From positions 427,282 to 491,281 of the forward strand of contig JAHFKK010000001.1 in assembly GCA_023245335.1 (NCBI GenBank): DNA of 64,000 nucleotides. Reading direction: 5' to 3'. This stretch comes from Candidatus Gottesmanbacteria bacterium. GTDB lineage: Bacteria > Patescibacteriota > Microgenomatia > UBA10105 > UBA927. This document shows, piece after piece, positions 28,698 through 39,483 of the stretch (position 1 is the first letter of the stretch; every line of letters begins with the position of its first letter). Position numbers and translations under genes: made by a program. The notes below the pieces were generated by a model. That model was not told the DNA's origin, made no database searches, and was given only the letters and a program-made list of their open reading frames with translations.

Positions 28698-29258
28698 ATG
28701 TCACGAATAGGCAATACACCAGTAGAGATTCCGAAAGAAGTCACGACAGTCGTCGCGGCGGACTCGGTAACGATCAAAGGTCCCAAAGGGGAATTAGTTT
28801 TTCCCGTGCCGCACGGCATAGTGGTGAAAGCCGAGGGGATGACGCTTGTCGCGACACGGAAACGAAACGATACGGCCGTGAAAGCACTGCATGGCACTAT
28901 GGTCGCGCTTCTTACCAATGCGGTAACGGGCGTGACCAAAGGATGGACCAAGCAGCTGGAACTTCAGGGCGTCGGGTATCGGGCAGCTCTTTCCGGCGCT
29001 GATTTGGTCCTCAACGTAGGATTTTCACACCAGGTGACCATAAAGCCTCCCGCAGGAATTACGTTTGCCGTCACGGAAGGCAAGATTTCCGTTTCCGGAG
29101 TAGATAAGTATCTCGTCGGACAAGTGGCCGCTTCCATACGGGACGTCAAACCGCCAGAGCCGTATAAAGGCAAAGGCATCAGGTACGTCGGCGAATATGT
29201 CCGGAAGAAAGCAGGCAAATCTGCAAAAGCAGTCGGGGGAGCCCCGGGAGCCAAATAA
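28698..29258 (+). CDS. rplF: 50S ribosomal protein L6
   Basis: MSRIGNTPVEIP; the start is the internal ATG of the ORF-track ORF that begins at 28680. Confidence 0.92.
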   Translation: MSRIGNTPVEIPKEVTTVVAADSVTIKGPKGELVFPVPHGIVVKAEGMTLVATRKRNDTAVKALHGTMVALLTNAVTGVTKGWTKQLELQGVGYRAALSGADLVLNVGFSHQVTIKPPAGITFAVTEGKISVSGVDKYLVGQVAASIRDVKPPEPYKGKGIRYVGEYVRKKAGKSAKAVGGAPGAK

Positions 29259-29264
29259 ACCTAT

Positions 29265-29594
29265 ATGAAAACACGAAAAGAAATGCGCGCGAAACGTAAA
29301 TTAGCAAGTCGGGTACTCGTCCGGGGCAGCGAAGCCCGTCCGAGACTTGCCGTATACCGGTCAAATACGAGGATTTCGGCACAGCTTATAAATGATGATG
29401 CCAGGGTAACCTTCCTGACTGCATCCGTGAAAGGCAAAAATTCAGCGGCCGCGACCGCTCTGGGAAAAGAGATTGCAGAAAAAGCAAAAGCCAAAAAAAT
29501 AAGCACGGTCGTTTTTGACCGCGCAGGGTTCCGATATCACGGGGTCGTCAAGGCTGTGGCTGATGCCGCCCGTGCCGGAGGATTGGTGTTTTAA
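29265..29594 (+). CDS. rplR: 50S ribosomal protein L18
   Basis: 109 aa, typical L18. Confidence 0.92.
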   Translation: MKTRKEMRAKRKLASRVLVRGSEARPRLAVYRSNTRISAQLINDDARVTFLTASVKGKNSAAATALGKEIAEKAKAKKISTVVFDRAGFRYHGVVKAVADAARAGGLVF

Positions 29595-29605
29595 AAAGGA
29601 GACCT

Positions 29606-30091
29606 ATGGATAACAATCGCAGAAGTCGTTCATACAATCAGGTACCGAGTGAGTTCGAAGAAAAAGTCGTCCAGGTCAATCGTGTTTCCAAAAAGACCAA
29701 AGGCGGCAATAAGATCGGATTTTCCGTTTTGGTCGTCGTCGGAGACAAAAAAGGTCGTGTCGGTGTCGGCTTGGGCGGGGCGCCGGATGTATCGTCAGCC
29801 GTGAAAAAAGCGGTTCTCTATGCACGGAAACACCTGTTTACCATACCGATGAAAAAAAGCACCATCCCGCATGTCGTATTTGTGAAAGTCGGGGCTGCGA
29901 AAATCATGCTGAAGCCAGCTCCTCCCGGAACGGGAGTCATCGCCGGAGGTCCGGTACGGTCCGTCGTGGAAGCTGCTGGCATTCGTGACATAAGCTCCAA
30001 GATTTTGGGAACCAAAAATAAAGCATCCAACGTCTATGCGACGATGGAGGCTTTGAAGCAATTGAAGCCGGCGCGGGCCGCACGATCATAA
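29606..30091 (+). CDS. rpsE: 30S ribosomal protein S5
   Basis: 161 aa with the S5 dsRBD and C-terminal domain. Confidence 0.95.
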   Translation: MDNNRRSRSYNQVPSEFEEKVVQVNRVSKKTKGGNKIGFSVLVVVGDKKGRVGVGLGGAPDVSSAVKKAVLYARKHLFTIPMKKSTIPHVVFVKVGAAKIMLKPAPPGTGVIAGGPVRSVVEAAGIRDISSKILGTKNKASNVYATMEALKQLKPARAARS

Positions 30092-30095
30092 CTAT

Positions 30096-30530
30096 ATGCA
30101 CACATCACAGTTACCATCTGTCGTAGACAGAAGTCATAAACGCCTCGGACGGGGACATGGGTCCGGCCGCGGGAAGACGTCAGGACGAGGCACCAAAGGG
30201 CAAAAAGCTCGCGGGACAATCCCTCCGTATTTCGAAGGGGGACAGCTATCGGTTTTTGAGCGGATGCCGTATTTGCGGGGCAAGCTTCGCAACAAATCAC
30301 TGAAGGCGAAACCCGTCATTATACAAGTCGGCGCTTTGAGTGTATTACCCGCGAAATCAACCGTCACGTTGGCGGCACTCCAAAAAGCTGGTATGGTGGA
30401 AGAAGATACCACAGGCGTAAAGATACTTTCAGGTGGTACGCTTACGGTCGCGCTGACGGTTGAAGTCCCGTGTTCTGAAGGGGCGAAGCGTGTCATAGAA
30501 AAAGCAGGTGGTAGTGTCACCCGTGTATGA
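30096..30530 (+). CDS. rplO: 50S ribosomal protein L15
   Basis: [24 protein letters not shown]; it directly follows rpsE, with no L30 gene between them. Confidence 0.95.
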   Translation: MHTSQLPSVVDRSHKRLGRGHGSGRGKTSGRGTKGQKARGTIPPYFEGGQLSVFERMPYLRGKLRNKSLKAKPVIIQVGALSVLPAKSTVTLAALQKAGMVEEDTTGVKILSGGTLTVALTVEVPCSEGAKRVIEKAGGSVTRV

Positions 30531-31813
30531 ACACATTCATCACTGCCCTCGTCAACAGTTGGAAAACGCCTGAACTCCGGCGGAAGATAGTCCTCACGCT
30601 CGCTTTATTTGTCGTATTCCGCATTTTTGCTCATATCCCTATTCCAGGAATTGACCGTGCGAAGCTTGCCCTTCTATTTTCCCAGAATCAATTTTTGGGA
30701 CTTCTGGATATCTTTTCCGGAGGGACGCTCGTGAACTTTTCTGTTCTTGCACTGGGACTCAATCCATATATCAACGCATCCATCATTCTTCAGTTATTGA
30801 CGATCGTGTTTCCGAAATTAGAAGAACTACAAAAAGAGGGTGAGTACGGGCAGGAAAAAATAAATCAATATACGCGGTTTATCACCGTGCCGCTTGCGGT
30901 GGTACAGTCGATCGGTATGTATCTCCTCTTACGGAATCAGGGTATCGTCAGTGCGCTTAATCCGATTACGCTTCTTTCTATAGTGCTGACGATGACCGCC
31001 GGAACCATATTTGTCATGTGGTTGGGCGAGCTCATCACGGAGTATGGAGTGGGGAACGGCATATCGCTTCTTATATTTGCGGGTATCGTCGGCCGTATGC
31101 CGGTCGCGTTTTTCCAGACGGCAAGTGTCGTCCGTCCGGAAGCGATTACCAATATCATTATATTTGTCGTCATGGCACTGGTCGTCATAGCTGGTACTGT
31201 TTTTATGAACGAAGCCGTGCGAAGGATACCAGTACACTATGCCCGACGGATACGGGGAAACAAAATTTATGGAGGAAATACGTCCTATCTACCGCTACGG
31301 GTAAATCAGGCCGGAGTGATCCCTATCATATTTGCGGTATCGCTTGTCCTTCTGCCGTCACTTTTGGGAGGATTTCTGCAGCAATTGCATAATCCTGCTC
31401 TTTCGGGGCTTGGAAGATTTTTTACCACGGTATTCAATCCCAACAGTCTCTCATATAACGCTATCTATTTTCTTCTGGTTATAGGATTTACCTATTTTTA
31501 TACAGCGATCACTTTCAATCCAACCAAGATTGCCGGAGAGATCCAGAAGTACGGCGGATTTATCCCCGGGATACGTCCGGGGAGTCCGACAGCCGCTTAC
31601 CTCAACTACATCCTGACCCGCATAACGCTTGCCGGTGCTTTGTTCCTGGGAGTCCTTGCAATATTTCCGGCAATTGCCCGGGGTATTTCCGGACTCACGA
31701 CGTTACTCGTCGGGGGAACGGGAGTTCTCATCGTCGTATCGGTCGTTCTTGAGACAGTGAAGGCCTTGGAAGCGCAGCTAGTCATGAGAAATTACGAAGG
31801 CTTTTTGGAGTAA
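30527..31813 (+). CDS. secY: preprotein translocase subunit SecY
   Basis: 428 aa, 10 TM helices, SecY-typical sequence. Confidence 0.95.
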   Translation: MNTFITALVNSWKTPELRRKIVLTLALFVVFRIFAHIPIPGIDRAKLALLFSQNQFLGLLDIFSGGTLVNFSVLALGLNPYINASIILQLLTIVFPKLEELQKEGEYGQEKINQYTRFITVPLAVVQSIGMYLLLRNQGIVSALNPITLLSIVLTMTAGTIFVMWLGELITEYGVGNGISLLIFAGIVGRMPVAFFQTASVVRPEAITNIIIFVVMALVVIAGTVFMNEAVRRIPVHYARRIRGNKIYGGNTSYLPLRVNQAGVIPIIFAVSLVLLPSLLGGFLQQLHNPALSGLGRFFTTVFNPNSLSYNAIYFLLVIGFTYFYTAITFNPTKIAGEIQKYGGFIPGIRPGSPTAAYLNYILTRITLAGALFLGVLAIFPAIARGISGLTTLLVGGTGVLIVVSVVLETVKALEAQLVMRNYEGFLE

Positions 31814-31828
31814 AGGAGAGTACTCATT

Positions 31829-32404
31829 ATGCATATCGTATTTTTTGGGCCGGAGGGATCCGGGAAGGGTACCCAGGCGAAACTTTTAAGCGACGCGTTG
31901 CATTTAGCTATACTGACATCCGGCGATCTTGTCCGCGATGCGGCGACCAACGATCAGGGCATCATCGGTGAAGTTTGCCGTCAGGCGCTTTCCGAAGGAA
32001 AATATGTCGCGGACAGCGAAATGTTTGTTCTTTGGAAGCACCGTCTCAAGCAGGACGATGCGATGGGCGGATGGATCATGGACGGATTTCCCAGGAACGT
32101 AGAACAAGCGAAGTTTTTGGATGACAAGATTGATAAATACGGCTATAAAGTAGAAAAAGTCATTTATCTCAACCTTTCCGAAGAGGAATCTATTCGAAGA
32201 CTTTTGAAGCGTGCCCGGCCTCTCCATTCCGGAAGCACTGAACTCCATGATTCTCCTGAACGCATCAAACAGCGGTTGTCTATATATAAGGAAGGCGAGA
32301 AGAATGTGCTTGAGTACTACCGTCAAAAAGGCATCCTCGTCGAGATAAATGCAGACCGTTCGATCGAAGACGTACATCAGGATATTTTGTCCCACGTAAA
32401 ATGA
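31829..32404 (+). CDS. adk: adenylate kinase (short form without Zn lid)
   Basis: GPEGSGKGTQA P-loop; 191 aa. Confidence 0.9.
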   Translation: MHIVFFGPEGSGKGTQAKLLSDALHLAILTSGDLVRDAATNDQGIIGEVCRQALSEGKYVADSEMFVLWKHRLKQDDAMGGWIMDGFPRNVEQAKFLDDKIDKYGYKVEKVIYLNLSEEESIRRLLKRARPLHSGSTELHDSPERIKQRLSIYKEGEKNVLEYYRQKGILVEINADRSIEDVHQDILSHVK

Positions 32405-32955
32405 GTGACGCATTGACGCTCGTTGCTATCGTTGGCCTTCCCGGCTCAGGTAAAACTGTCGCCGCGGATTTTTTCCGCTCACACGGGTTTACTGTTCTTC
32501 GGTTCGGAGATCAGACGGATATAGGACTCAAGGAACTGGGGTTGCCGATGAATGAGGTAAATGAACGAACCTATAGGGAGAATATCCGTAAAGAATTAGG
32601 CATGGCAGCCATGGCGATAAAGATAGAGCCCAGGATTACTGCGGCATCGAAAGAAAGCAACAGAATAGTACTCGATGGCATGCGGAGTTTCGAAGAATAT
32701 GTATACCTCAAGGGTAAATTTCCCTTTCTTACCGTTCTTTGCATTTTCGCTCCTCCTCACGTGAGGTATGAACGGCTGGCAGCCCGAAAGGTCCGTCCGT
32801 TAACCAGGGAAGAATCAAAAGCCCGTGACATGTCGGAAATTACGGCGTTAAACTCCGGCGGTCCCATAGCAATCGCGGATTACCTTATCCAAAACGAAGG
32901 CTCGTCCGATACATTTGCATCGGAGCTCGAACGGTATCGAGAGACACTATCATGA
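32401..32955 (+). CDS. UPF0200-type P-loop kinase (archaeal adenylate/dephospho-CoA-kinase-like)
   Basis: Walker A GLPGSGKT; overall similarity from memory to archaeal UPF0200 proteins (LRFGD, DGMRS, ADYLIQNEGS). Confidence 0.55.
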   Translation: MSDALTLVAIVGLPGSGKTVAADFFRSHGFTVLRFGDQTDIGLKELGLPMNEVNERTYRENIRKELGMAAMAIKIEPRITAASKESNRIVLDGMRSFEEYVYLKGKFPFLTVLCIFAPPHVRYERLAARKVRPLTREESKARDMSEITALNSGGPIAIADYLIQNEGSSDTFASELERYRETLS

Positions 32956-33731
32956 AACAGCAGAATACGGAAAAAAAGATTATTGCAATGACTGAAGGCG
33001 GCGCTAAGATGGGTGCGATTCTTTCGGAGCTTCTTGCATTTTCGCAGCCCGGCGTGACGCTTATAGAAGTGGAGGAGCTTGCTATGAAGCGGATTAAAGA
33101 ATCCGGCGGGCAGCCTTCATTTACGACGGTCGAAGATTATAAGTGGGCGACCTGCCTTTGTGTAGACGACGTCATCGTACACGGCATTCCGAATGGCAGA
33201 GTCCTAAAAGACGGCGATGTGTTTACCATCGACGTCGGTATGATTTATAAGGGATACCATACAGATACAGCATGGACGAAGATCATCGGTACGGAAACGG
33301 ATAGCGTAAAACTTGCGAAGAACGAAGCGTTTTTGGAAGCAGGTCGCGAGGCCCTGCGGCAGGCGATAGCGGTCGCACGGCCGGGCAACCGCATCGGGCA
33401 TATTTCCCAGATTACTCAGCGTATCGTTGAGGGCGCGGGGTATGGAGTCGTTACGTCACTTGTTGGTCACGGAGTAGGTGAAGAGCTCCATATGCCTCCA
33501 CAGATCCCGGGCTATCTCAAAGGAAAAATTGAATCCACATTGCCGCTCCGTCCCGGCATGACCATCGCCATCGAAATTATCTACAGCATGGGGAATCCGG
33601 CAGTATACTATGTCAATGAAGACGGCTGGTCGATCGCGACTCGGGACCACTCACTTTCGGCGGTTTTCGAGCAAACAGTACTCATTACAGAAGGTGACCC
33701 CGTTGCCCTGACTCCGGTTCCGGAAGTATAG
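32952..33731 (+). CDS. map: methionine aminopeptidase type I
   Basis: metal-binding residues in family-typical positions (D ... D ... H ... E ... E); 259 aa. Confidence 0.93.
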   Translation: MKQQNTEKKIIAMTEGGAKMGAILSELLAFSQPGVTLIEVEELAMKRIKESGGQPSFTTVEDYKWATCLCVDDVIVHGIPNGRVLKDGDVFTIDVGMIYKGYHTDTAWTKIIGTETDSVKLAKNEAFLEAGREALRQAIAVARPGNRIGHISQITQRIVEGAGYGVVTSLVGHGVGEELHMPPQIPGYLKGKIESTLPLRPGMTIAIEIIYSMGNPAVYYVNEDGWSIATRDHSLSAVFEQTVLITEGDPVALTPVPEV

Positions 33732-33776
33732 TAATCCTCTTGACGCTAAAGCTACGATTAGAGTATCCTCAAGTGC

Positions 33777-35777
33777 ATGAAGAAATTATTCCAGATAGCC
33801 GGAGTATTCATTCTTCTGGGAGTCATTGGATTTTTTTATCGACAACGGTCGCTTGCTCCCACGCATCACATCAAGCTCTATTGGTTTATTCCGGACGGCG
33901 TACGGGCGGAGCCCTCGGTATTCACCGTCTTTGAATGGGCGAAGGAAGGGAAACTTCCTAATATCAAAAAACTCATGGATCGGGGAACCTACGGATATTC
34001 CTATCCCAATTTCCCGAGTCACACTCCCACGAACTTTGCCGCACTTCTCACCGGTACATATCCTGAGGTAAACGGCGTCGATGATGGTCCGATGCGCGAG
34101 GTGGGGAAACCTCTTAACGCAGTTGCCGTTCCCGGTTTCCGGTCGACTGCGAAGAAAGTTCCTCCTATTTGGAAAACATTAGAAGACGCGGGGATGAAGG
34201 TCGCCATATTGTCTGTGCCGGGCTCAACGCCGCCGGAGGTCCAAAAAGGCGTCGTTATCCGTGGGAGATGGGGCGGGTGGGGCGCTGATTTCAATGCAAT
34301 TAATTTTGAAACAAAGGGAGACCTCGAACAGCGGGTGAAGCAAGGGAGAGCGGTGCGCCTTTTCTATTTTGGTGCCGTACTCACCAACTATGTCGACGGT
34401 ACGACCCCGGAAGGATGGGAGAATGCACCGAAAAGTTATACACCCCCCGTAGAAATTCCGCTCCTTGGATGGGGGAAGACGATCTACGCCTATATGTATG
34501 ATTCCAAAGATGACAGCAAACCGGTTTTTGACCGTGTAGCGTTTTCTTTGGATAAGAAGACGATACTTGGCGATATACCTGCGGGTGACTGGACGGATTG
34601 GAAACCTGTTACGTTAGTCTGGAAAACAGCAGATGCATCGGTAAACGTCCCGTCTCATTTTCGTGCGACCGTCATCAAGCTCGGCGACAGCGGATTTTTC
34701 CGTATCAGAATCGTCTACGATACGCTCAACAGGTATATAACCTTCCCGGATACAGCATCCGATATGCTGGAAGCATCTGTTGGTCCCATGGTGGATTTTG
34801 CCGATAATTATCCTGCACAGCTTATTTATTATCCTGAAGATAAAAAGACATTCATGGATGAGTCTGACTTTTCATTTGACTGGCATACCCGCGCGGTGTC
34901 GGCTCTTTCCAAAGATTTTTCACCGGATGTCGTCATTCATGATATCTATACCCCGAACCAGATGCTGACGAGCAAATGGTGGATGGGATATGTCGATCCC
35001 TCCGGAAGCGGATACAATACGTTGCCGGCAGCCGAACGCGAAAAACTTTGGCAGGAAGTCCAGGGCATGTATAAAAAGCTGGATGCCATGGTAGGGGAAA
35101 TACTCAAGGTTTCTGATTCGCAAACATATATCGTCTTCAGTTCCGATCATGGTGCGGTGCCCCTCAATCAAAACGTCAACCTCAACAATCTTTTTGCCAA
35201 AAAAGGCTGGTTGAAATTTACGATCGATCCCAAAACAGGCGAACCAAATATCGACTGGGCGCATTCACAAGTCATATATCTAAAAATGGCACACGTATAC
35301 GTGAATCCCAATGGTTTAGCAGGTCCTTATGTGCGGGCAAGCGGCCCGACATATGAAGCACTCCGCGAGGAAGTCATTCAGACTTTGAAGGATCTCCGGG
35401 ATGATAACGGGAATGCACCGGTTGTCGACATCGTCAAATGGGAGAACGCGAAGGCATACATGCAACTGGATCCGGATAGGATCGGTGATCTGGTCATCGC
35501 AAACAGTCCAGGATTTGGATGGAACGAAGAGATGACCAATGATCTTGCTGTGTTTTCGACACCGGCAGTCACCGGATACAAACAGGCAATCAAGGCTATT
35601 GATGTTCCGGGGATGTGGACGCCGTTTATCATCGCCGGGCCAGGCATCAAGCAGAATAATTTCCTGGGGAATAAACCATTTACCCTCATCAATCAGTACC
35701 CGACCATTATGAAAGCTTTGGGGGTGAAAGTTCCCGCGTTCGTCCAGGGGAAGGCGCTCGATATCTTCTCGCGCTAA
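33777..35777 (+). CDS. membrane-anchored nucleotide pyrophosphatase/phosphodiesterase (NPP, alkaline phosphatase superfamily)
   Basis: N-terminal TM; catalytic-Thr motif YPNFPSHTPTNFAALLTGTYPEVNGV matches the NPP signature; SDHG metal motif. Confidence 0.75.
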   Translation: MKKLFQIAGVFILLGVIGFFYRQRSLAPTHHIKLYWFIPDGVRAEPSVFTVFEWAKEGKLPNIKKLMDRGTYGYSYPNFPSHTPTNFAALLTGTYPEVNGVDDGPMREVGKPLNAVAVPGFRSTAKKVPPIWKTLEDAGMKVAILSVPGSTPPEVQKGVVIRGRWGGWGADFNAINFETKGDLEQRVKQGRAVRLFYFGAVLTNYVDGTTPEGWENAPKSYTPPVEIPLLGWGKTIYAYMYDSKDDSKPVFDRVAFSLDKKTILGDIPAGDWTDWKPVTLVWKTADASVNVPSHFRATVIKLGDSGFFRIRIVYDTLNRYITFPDTASDMLEASVGPMVDFADNYPAQLIYYPEDKKTFMDESDFSFDWHTRAVSALSKDFSPDVVIHDIYTPNQMLTSKWWMGYVDPSGSGYNTLPAAEREKLWQEVQGMYKKLDAMVGEILKVSDSQTYIVFSSDHGAVPLNQNVNLNNLFAKKGWLKFTIDPKTGEPNIDWAHSQVIYLKMAHVYVNPNGLAGPYVRASGPTYEALREEVIQTLKDLRDDNGNAPVVDIVKWENAKAYMQLDPDRIGDLVIANSPGFGWNEEMTNDLAVFSTPAVTGYKQAIKAIDVPGMWTPFIIAGPGIKQNNFLGNKPFTLINQYPTIMKALGVKVPAFVQGKALDIFSR

Positions 35778-36412
35778 TTACTTTTCCCGCACAGCATGGT
35801 AATCATCTGCTGAGTGATTTCTTGTTCATGAGCAGTAAATTCTTTGGTAGGAGCGATAAGTTCTACCCGTAACGTAAGAGAATTAGCGGGACAATACATA
35901 AACATCATTATCCCTTTGTAGACTGCCTGATTTTGTGAGCAGGAACCGAACGTCATGCGGTTATTGAGATACCCTACGAAATAACGGGCATTGGTTCCAT
36001 CGGGAAGCTTAACAGTTTCATACCGGGGTGCGAAGCTCGGATCGCATACGATGGTGTCGGAAATATCTCCGGGGTACGGGGCCGGTGCTTTTTCAAAAAG
36101 CGCTTTCATGCGGATGATTGATGCATCGAGTTGTTTTTGTGCGTCTGCGGCATTGGTCGGTTGGGCTTCGATACGGATGTATCTGGTCCCGGATGCATAT
36201 AATGCGCGATAGGCAGCTTCGGTGTCCGTATACATTTCTTTCAGTCGGTAGGAGGAAATGCCAGGTATCGACACGCATGACAGATTACGGCACAGCGACG
36301 GGGAGATGAATTGGTGTGATAGGAAGATGCCGCTCACGATACAACCAATAAATATCACGGTCATACCAATGAGCATCCTGGTGTTCAAGAGGCGCATATT
36401 ATAATATGTCAA
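35774..36412 (-). CDS. hypothetical membrane-anchored protein
   Basis: 212 aa ORF on the opposite strand within the NPP cluster; N-terminal TM; no family recognised. Confidence 0.4.
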   Translation of the reverse strand: MTYYNMRLLNTRMLIGMTVIFIGCIVSGIFLSHQFISPSLCRNLSCVSIPGISSYRLKEMYTDTEAAYRALYASGTRYIRIEAQPTNAADAQKQLDASIIRMKALFEKAPAPYPGDISDTIVCDPSFAPRYETVKLPDGTNARYFVGYLNNRMTFGSCSQNQAVYKGIMMFMYCPANSLTLRVELIAPTKEFTAHEQEITQQMITMLCGKSN

Positions 36413-36421
36413 CTATACCAT

Positions 36422-37834
36422 ATGATGGCGTTATACAAGATAAAAAAAGGATTGATAATTATTGCAGCGTCCCTGTGTGTCGGATATATCTTGTACCTTT
36501 TCGTAGTCCGAGTCGTACCCATATCAGGTCATACAGCGACCCGTGTCCCCATATGTCAGGGTTGCAATGTCGTCCTTATTGCCATTGATCCGTTTCGTGC
36601 AGACGGCCTCCATGTGCTTGGGAACCAAAGGACAATAACGCCAACTCTCGACCGGCTTGCACGGCAGGGATATTTGTTTACGAACGCGTTTGCCGTATCT
36701 TCGTGGACGCTTCCGTCTGCCATGAGTCTTATGACCGGCACGTACCCCTCGCAGCATAAAATTATAAACAAAGAACTCATCGGTCAGACCGAACAGCAAG
36801 GGATCGTTCCCGCTCGTCTTGCCGACACGAATCCGGGAATGGAAACCTTAGCATCCATTCTCAAGTCCCATGGGTATGTCACAGGAGGATTTGCCGGGGG
36901 GGCAGCGCTTGATCCGTCGTACGGATTTGATCGGGGGTTTGACCGGTATGTTAGTGATGGAGATTTTGAAGGGCTGCAAACAACACAACCCAAAGCCCTT
37001 GATTTCATACGATCGCACGTTCATGACCGTCTGTTTATTTTTTTGCACGGATTTGACGTGCATGGACAATATATCCCGCCGGAGGGATTAACCAAGAAAT
37101 ATATACCGCCAGGTTACAATGGAATGCTTACGGGATCAAAAGACGAACAAAAAGCATTACGAGAAGAAGGGGTGAAACAGCAATCAATTCACCTTACTCC
37201 TTTGGATGTCGGATTTCTCCGGGGAATCTATGACGAAAAAGTAGAGCGGGTTGATGCACAGATCGCAGAGTTTCTTGCGGCATATAAAGCACTGCATGTG
37301 AAAAATAAAACAGTCTTCATATTTACGTCGGATCATGGCGACGAATTTTATGAGCATGGCAGGATTGATCATGGCATGACCCTTTTTGATGAAGTTATTC
37401 ATGTGCCGCTTATTATTGTCGTTCCGGGAGTTTCTCCCGGATACCGTGTCACGGATCAGGTTCGAAATATCGATATTATGCCCACGATACTTTCTCTGGT
37501 GGGGCTTGTACCATCACCGGAGGGGAAACGCCAAATGGAGGGCGTGAGCATTATCCCATCCATGCAAGGCGAACATCAGCGTTTGGATCTTTTCGCCGAA
37601 ACATCTTACCGGTACGCAACTTTTGAGCGCGCGGTCAGAACGTGGGATGGATGGAAACTCATCTATGATCAGAATGCGTCAACAGATCACATATTTAATC
37701 TGAAAAGAGATCCCGCGGAACTGAGTGATTTAATATGGAAAAATAATGCAAAGGAACAGGAATTGATGACCAAGTTATTCCTATGGACAGATATGATTGA
37801 AAAATCCGTGACAGGGCGGAATGGACGACCATGA
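36422..37834 (+). CDS. NPP/sulfatase-like alkaline-phosphatase-superfamily hydrolase, paralog A (Thr nucleophile predicted)
   Basis: TM anchor; CQGCNVVLIAIDPFRAD; SSWTLPSAMSLMTGTYPSQH aligns to the NPP TFPNH ... TG.YPE.H motif; SDHGDEFYEHG. Confidence 0.7.
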   Translation: MMALYKIKKGLIIIAASLCVGYILYLFVVRVVPISGHTATRVPICQGCNVVLIAIDPFRADGLHVLGNQRTITPTLDRLARQGYLFTNAFAVSSWTLPSAMSLMTGTYPSQHKIINKELIGQTEQQGIVPARLADTNPGMETLASILKSHGYVTGGFAGGAALDPSYGFDRGFDRYVSDGDFEGLQTTQPKALDFIRSHVHDRLFIFLHGFDVHGQYIPPEGLTKKYIPPGYNGMLTGSKDEQKALREEGVKQQSIHLTPLDVGFLRGIYDEKVERVDAQIAEFLAAYKALHVKNKTVFIFTSDHGDEFYEHGRIDHGMTLFDEVIHVPLIIVVPGVSPGYRVTDQVRNIDIMPTILSLVGLVPSPEGKRQMEGVSIIPSMQGEHQRLDLFAETSYRYATFERAVRTWDGWKLIYDQNASTDHIFNLKRDPAELSDLIWKNNAKEQELMTKLFLWTDMIEKSVTGRNGRP

Positions 37835-39447
37835 AGCATTTTTCCTCCGTATTCAATACTCGCTTCGTTATGCTTCTCCTTGCCATACTCATGTGTGCGG
37901 TTCTCTGGGAGTCGGGGATAGTAGGGAGGATAAGCCGTGATATATACGCGAGAATTCCGTTTGCCTTCGCTGGTATTCCTACATGTCCGGATTGTAATGT
38001 TATTCTCGTATCGTTGGACGTACTGCGGGCAGATGATTTACCGTGTTACGGATACAGCCGCAATACAGCTCCGAACTTATGCGCATTTGCTGAGCGCAAT
38101 ACGTATTTTACCCGTTTTTACTCCGTGTCTTCGTACACCCTGGACGATCATATTTCTATGGTTACCGGTCTGTATCCGTCGACGCATCACGTGCTCGTGC
38201 CTTTTCGGGATTCTCTTAACCCTTCGATTCCGACGCTTGCAGAATCCTTACAGGCCCATGGCTACCGGACTTTGTATTTAGGCGTGACGGACGACCCGAA
38301 TTTACCGCTCGATAAAGGCGTGGGGCGGGGATTTACTGAAATTCATAGGTTAGACAGAAGTGATTCGAGTTTACAGACTCAGTTACGAACTATCCTTCCT
38401 ACATTGCAGGACCATAAGCCGACGTTTCTTTTTGTCCATTCGTATCTTTTGCATGCCCCATTTCTTGTCGGTCCCGGCCCGAGACGATATGCAGAGGGTG
38501 CGTTCCCCGAGATCCCGCTGACGCCGAAGGAATATAAGGTCAATAGCATTCCGTTTTACGCATCGGTGCTTAATGAGCTCCAGCTTCGCGTAGACGCCAA
38601 CGATGCGCCGAAAAGCGTTCGTCGAAACACATCTATTATTTCGGATTTGTCCTCAGCCGTCGTCTCCGGTGATCTTACTCGCGCACAGGCGATCTTTTTG
38701 GGATCGTTATATTGGCTTGAACAAACGAACGCCTACGATATTTGGTATTGGAAACATATTGATCCGTATAACGATACGATGATTGCGTACCTGAGAGGAC
38801 TGTATGACGAGCGCATCAATACAGCGGACGACGCGCTGAAGCCGTTATTGGATTTTGTCGATCAGCCGGAAATGAAGCGAAAAACCGTGGTCATTATTAC
38901 GTCCGACCATGGGGAAGAATTTCAGGAACACGGCGAGTTTGGTCATGACTATAACCTCTATAACACATCGACCTACATTCCGTTTATCATCGCCGCCCCC
39001 AAAATACAACGGAGTATCAATAATTCACTCGCGCAGGTAACTGATATTTTCCCGACAGTTCTGGATTTGGTAGGAATACCTAAGCCCAGAGTAGAAGGAA
39101 AGAGTCTCTTGCCTCTATTGGTCGGGAGCGCTGGCGCAACAGGTGACCAGTATGCGGTAAGCGAGTATCGCGGAACCGTGATACAGTCAATTCAGGATGG
39201 TCGCTGGAAGCTGTATGTGCATCATGAAAATCCAAAGGCACCATGGGTAGAGCTGTATGATCTCGTAAGCGACCCGGGGGAGTACCATAATGTGTCAGGT
39301 GGTTTCCAAGCCGTACAAGAACGACTCACGAAGGCACTTGACGTAATACAAGAGAAAGCTCCGCGATACGCACCTGTCATCGGAGGATTTCCGGATTGGA
39401 TAGACAAAAAAAAGCAGAAGAATATCATTGAGCACGGATATTTTTGA
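37831..39447 (+). CDS. NPP/sulfatase-like alkaline-phosphatase-superfamily hydrolase, paralog B
   Basis: CPDCNVILVSLDVLRAD; SSYTLDDHISMVTGLYPSTHHV; SDHGEEFQEHG; close paralog of the next gene. Confidence 0.7.
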   Translation: MKHFSSVFNTRFVMLLLAILMCAVLWESGIVGRISRDIYARIPFAFAGIPTCPDCNVILVSLDVLRADDLPCYGYSRNTAPNLCAFAERNTYFTRFYSVSSYTLDDHISMVTGLYPSTHHVLVPFRDSLNPSIPTLAESLQAHGYRTLYLGVTDDPNLPLDKGVGRGFTEIHRLDRSDSSLQTQLRTILPTLQDHKPTFLFVHSYLLHAPFLVGPGPRRYAEGAFPEIPLTPKEYKVNSIPFYASVLNELQLRVDANDAPKSVRRNTSIISDLSSAVVSGDLTRAQAIFLGSLYWLEQTNAYDIWYWKHIDPYNDTMIAYLRGLYDERINTADDALKPLLDFVDQPEMKRKTVVIITSDHGEEFQEHGEFGHDYNLYNTSTYIPFIIAAPKIQRSINNSLAQVTDIFPTVLDLVGIPKPRVEGKSLLPLLVGSAGATGDQYAVSEYRGTVIQSIQDGRWKLYVHHENPKAPWVELYDLVSDPGEYHNVSGGFQAVQERLTKALDVIQEKAPRYAPVIGGFPDWIDKKKQKNIIEHGYF

Positions 39448-39483
39448 TATACTGGCTGAAGTTTGTGCAAGTAGAACGCCGCT

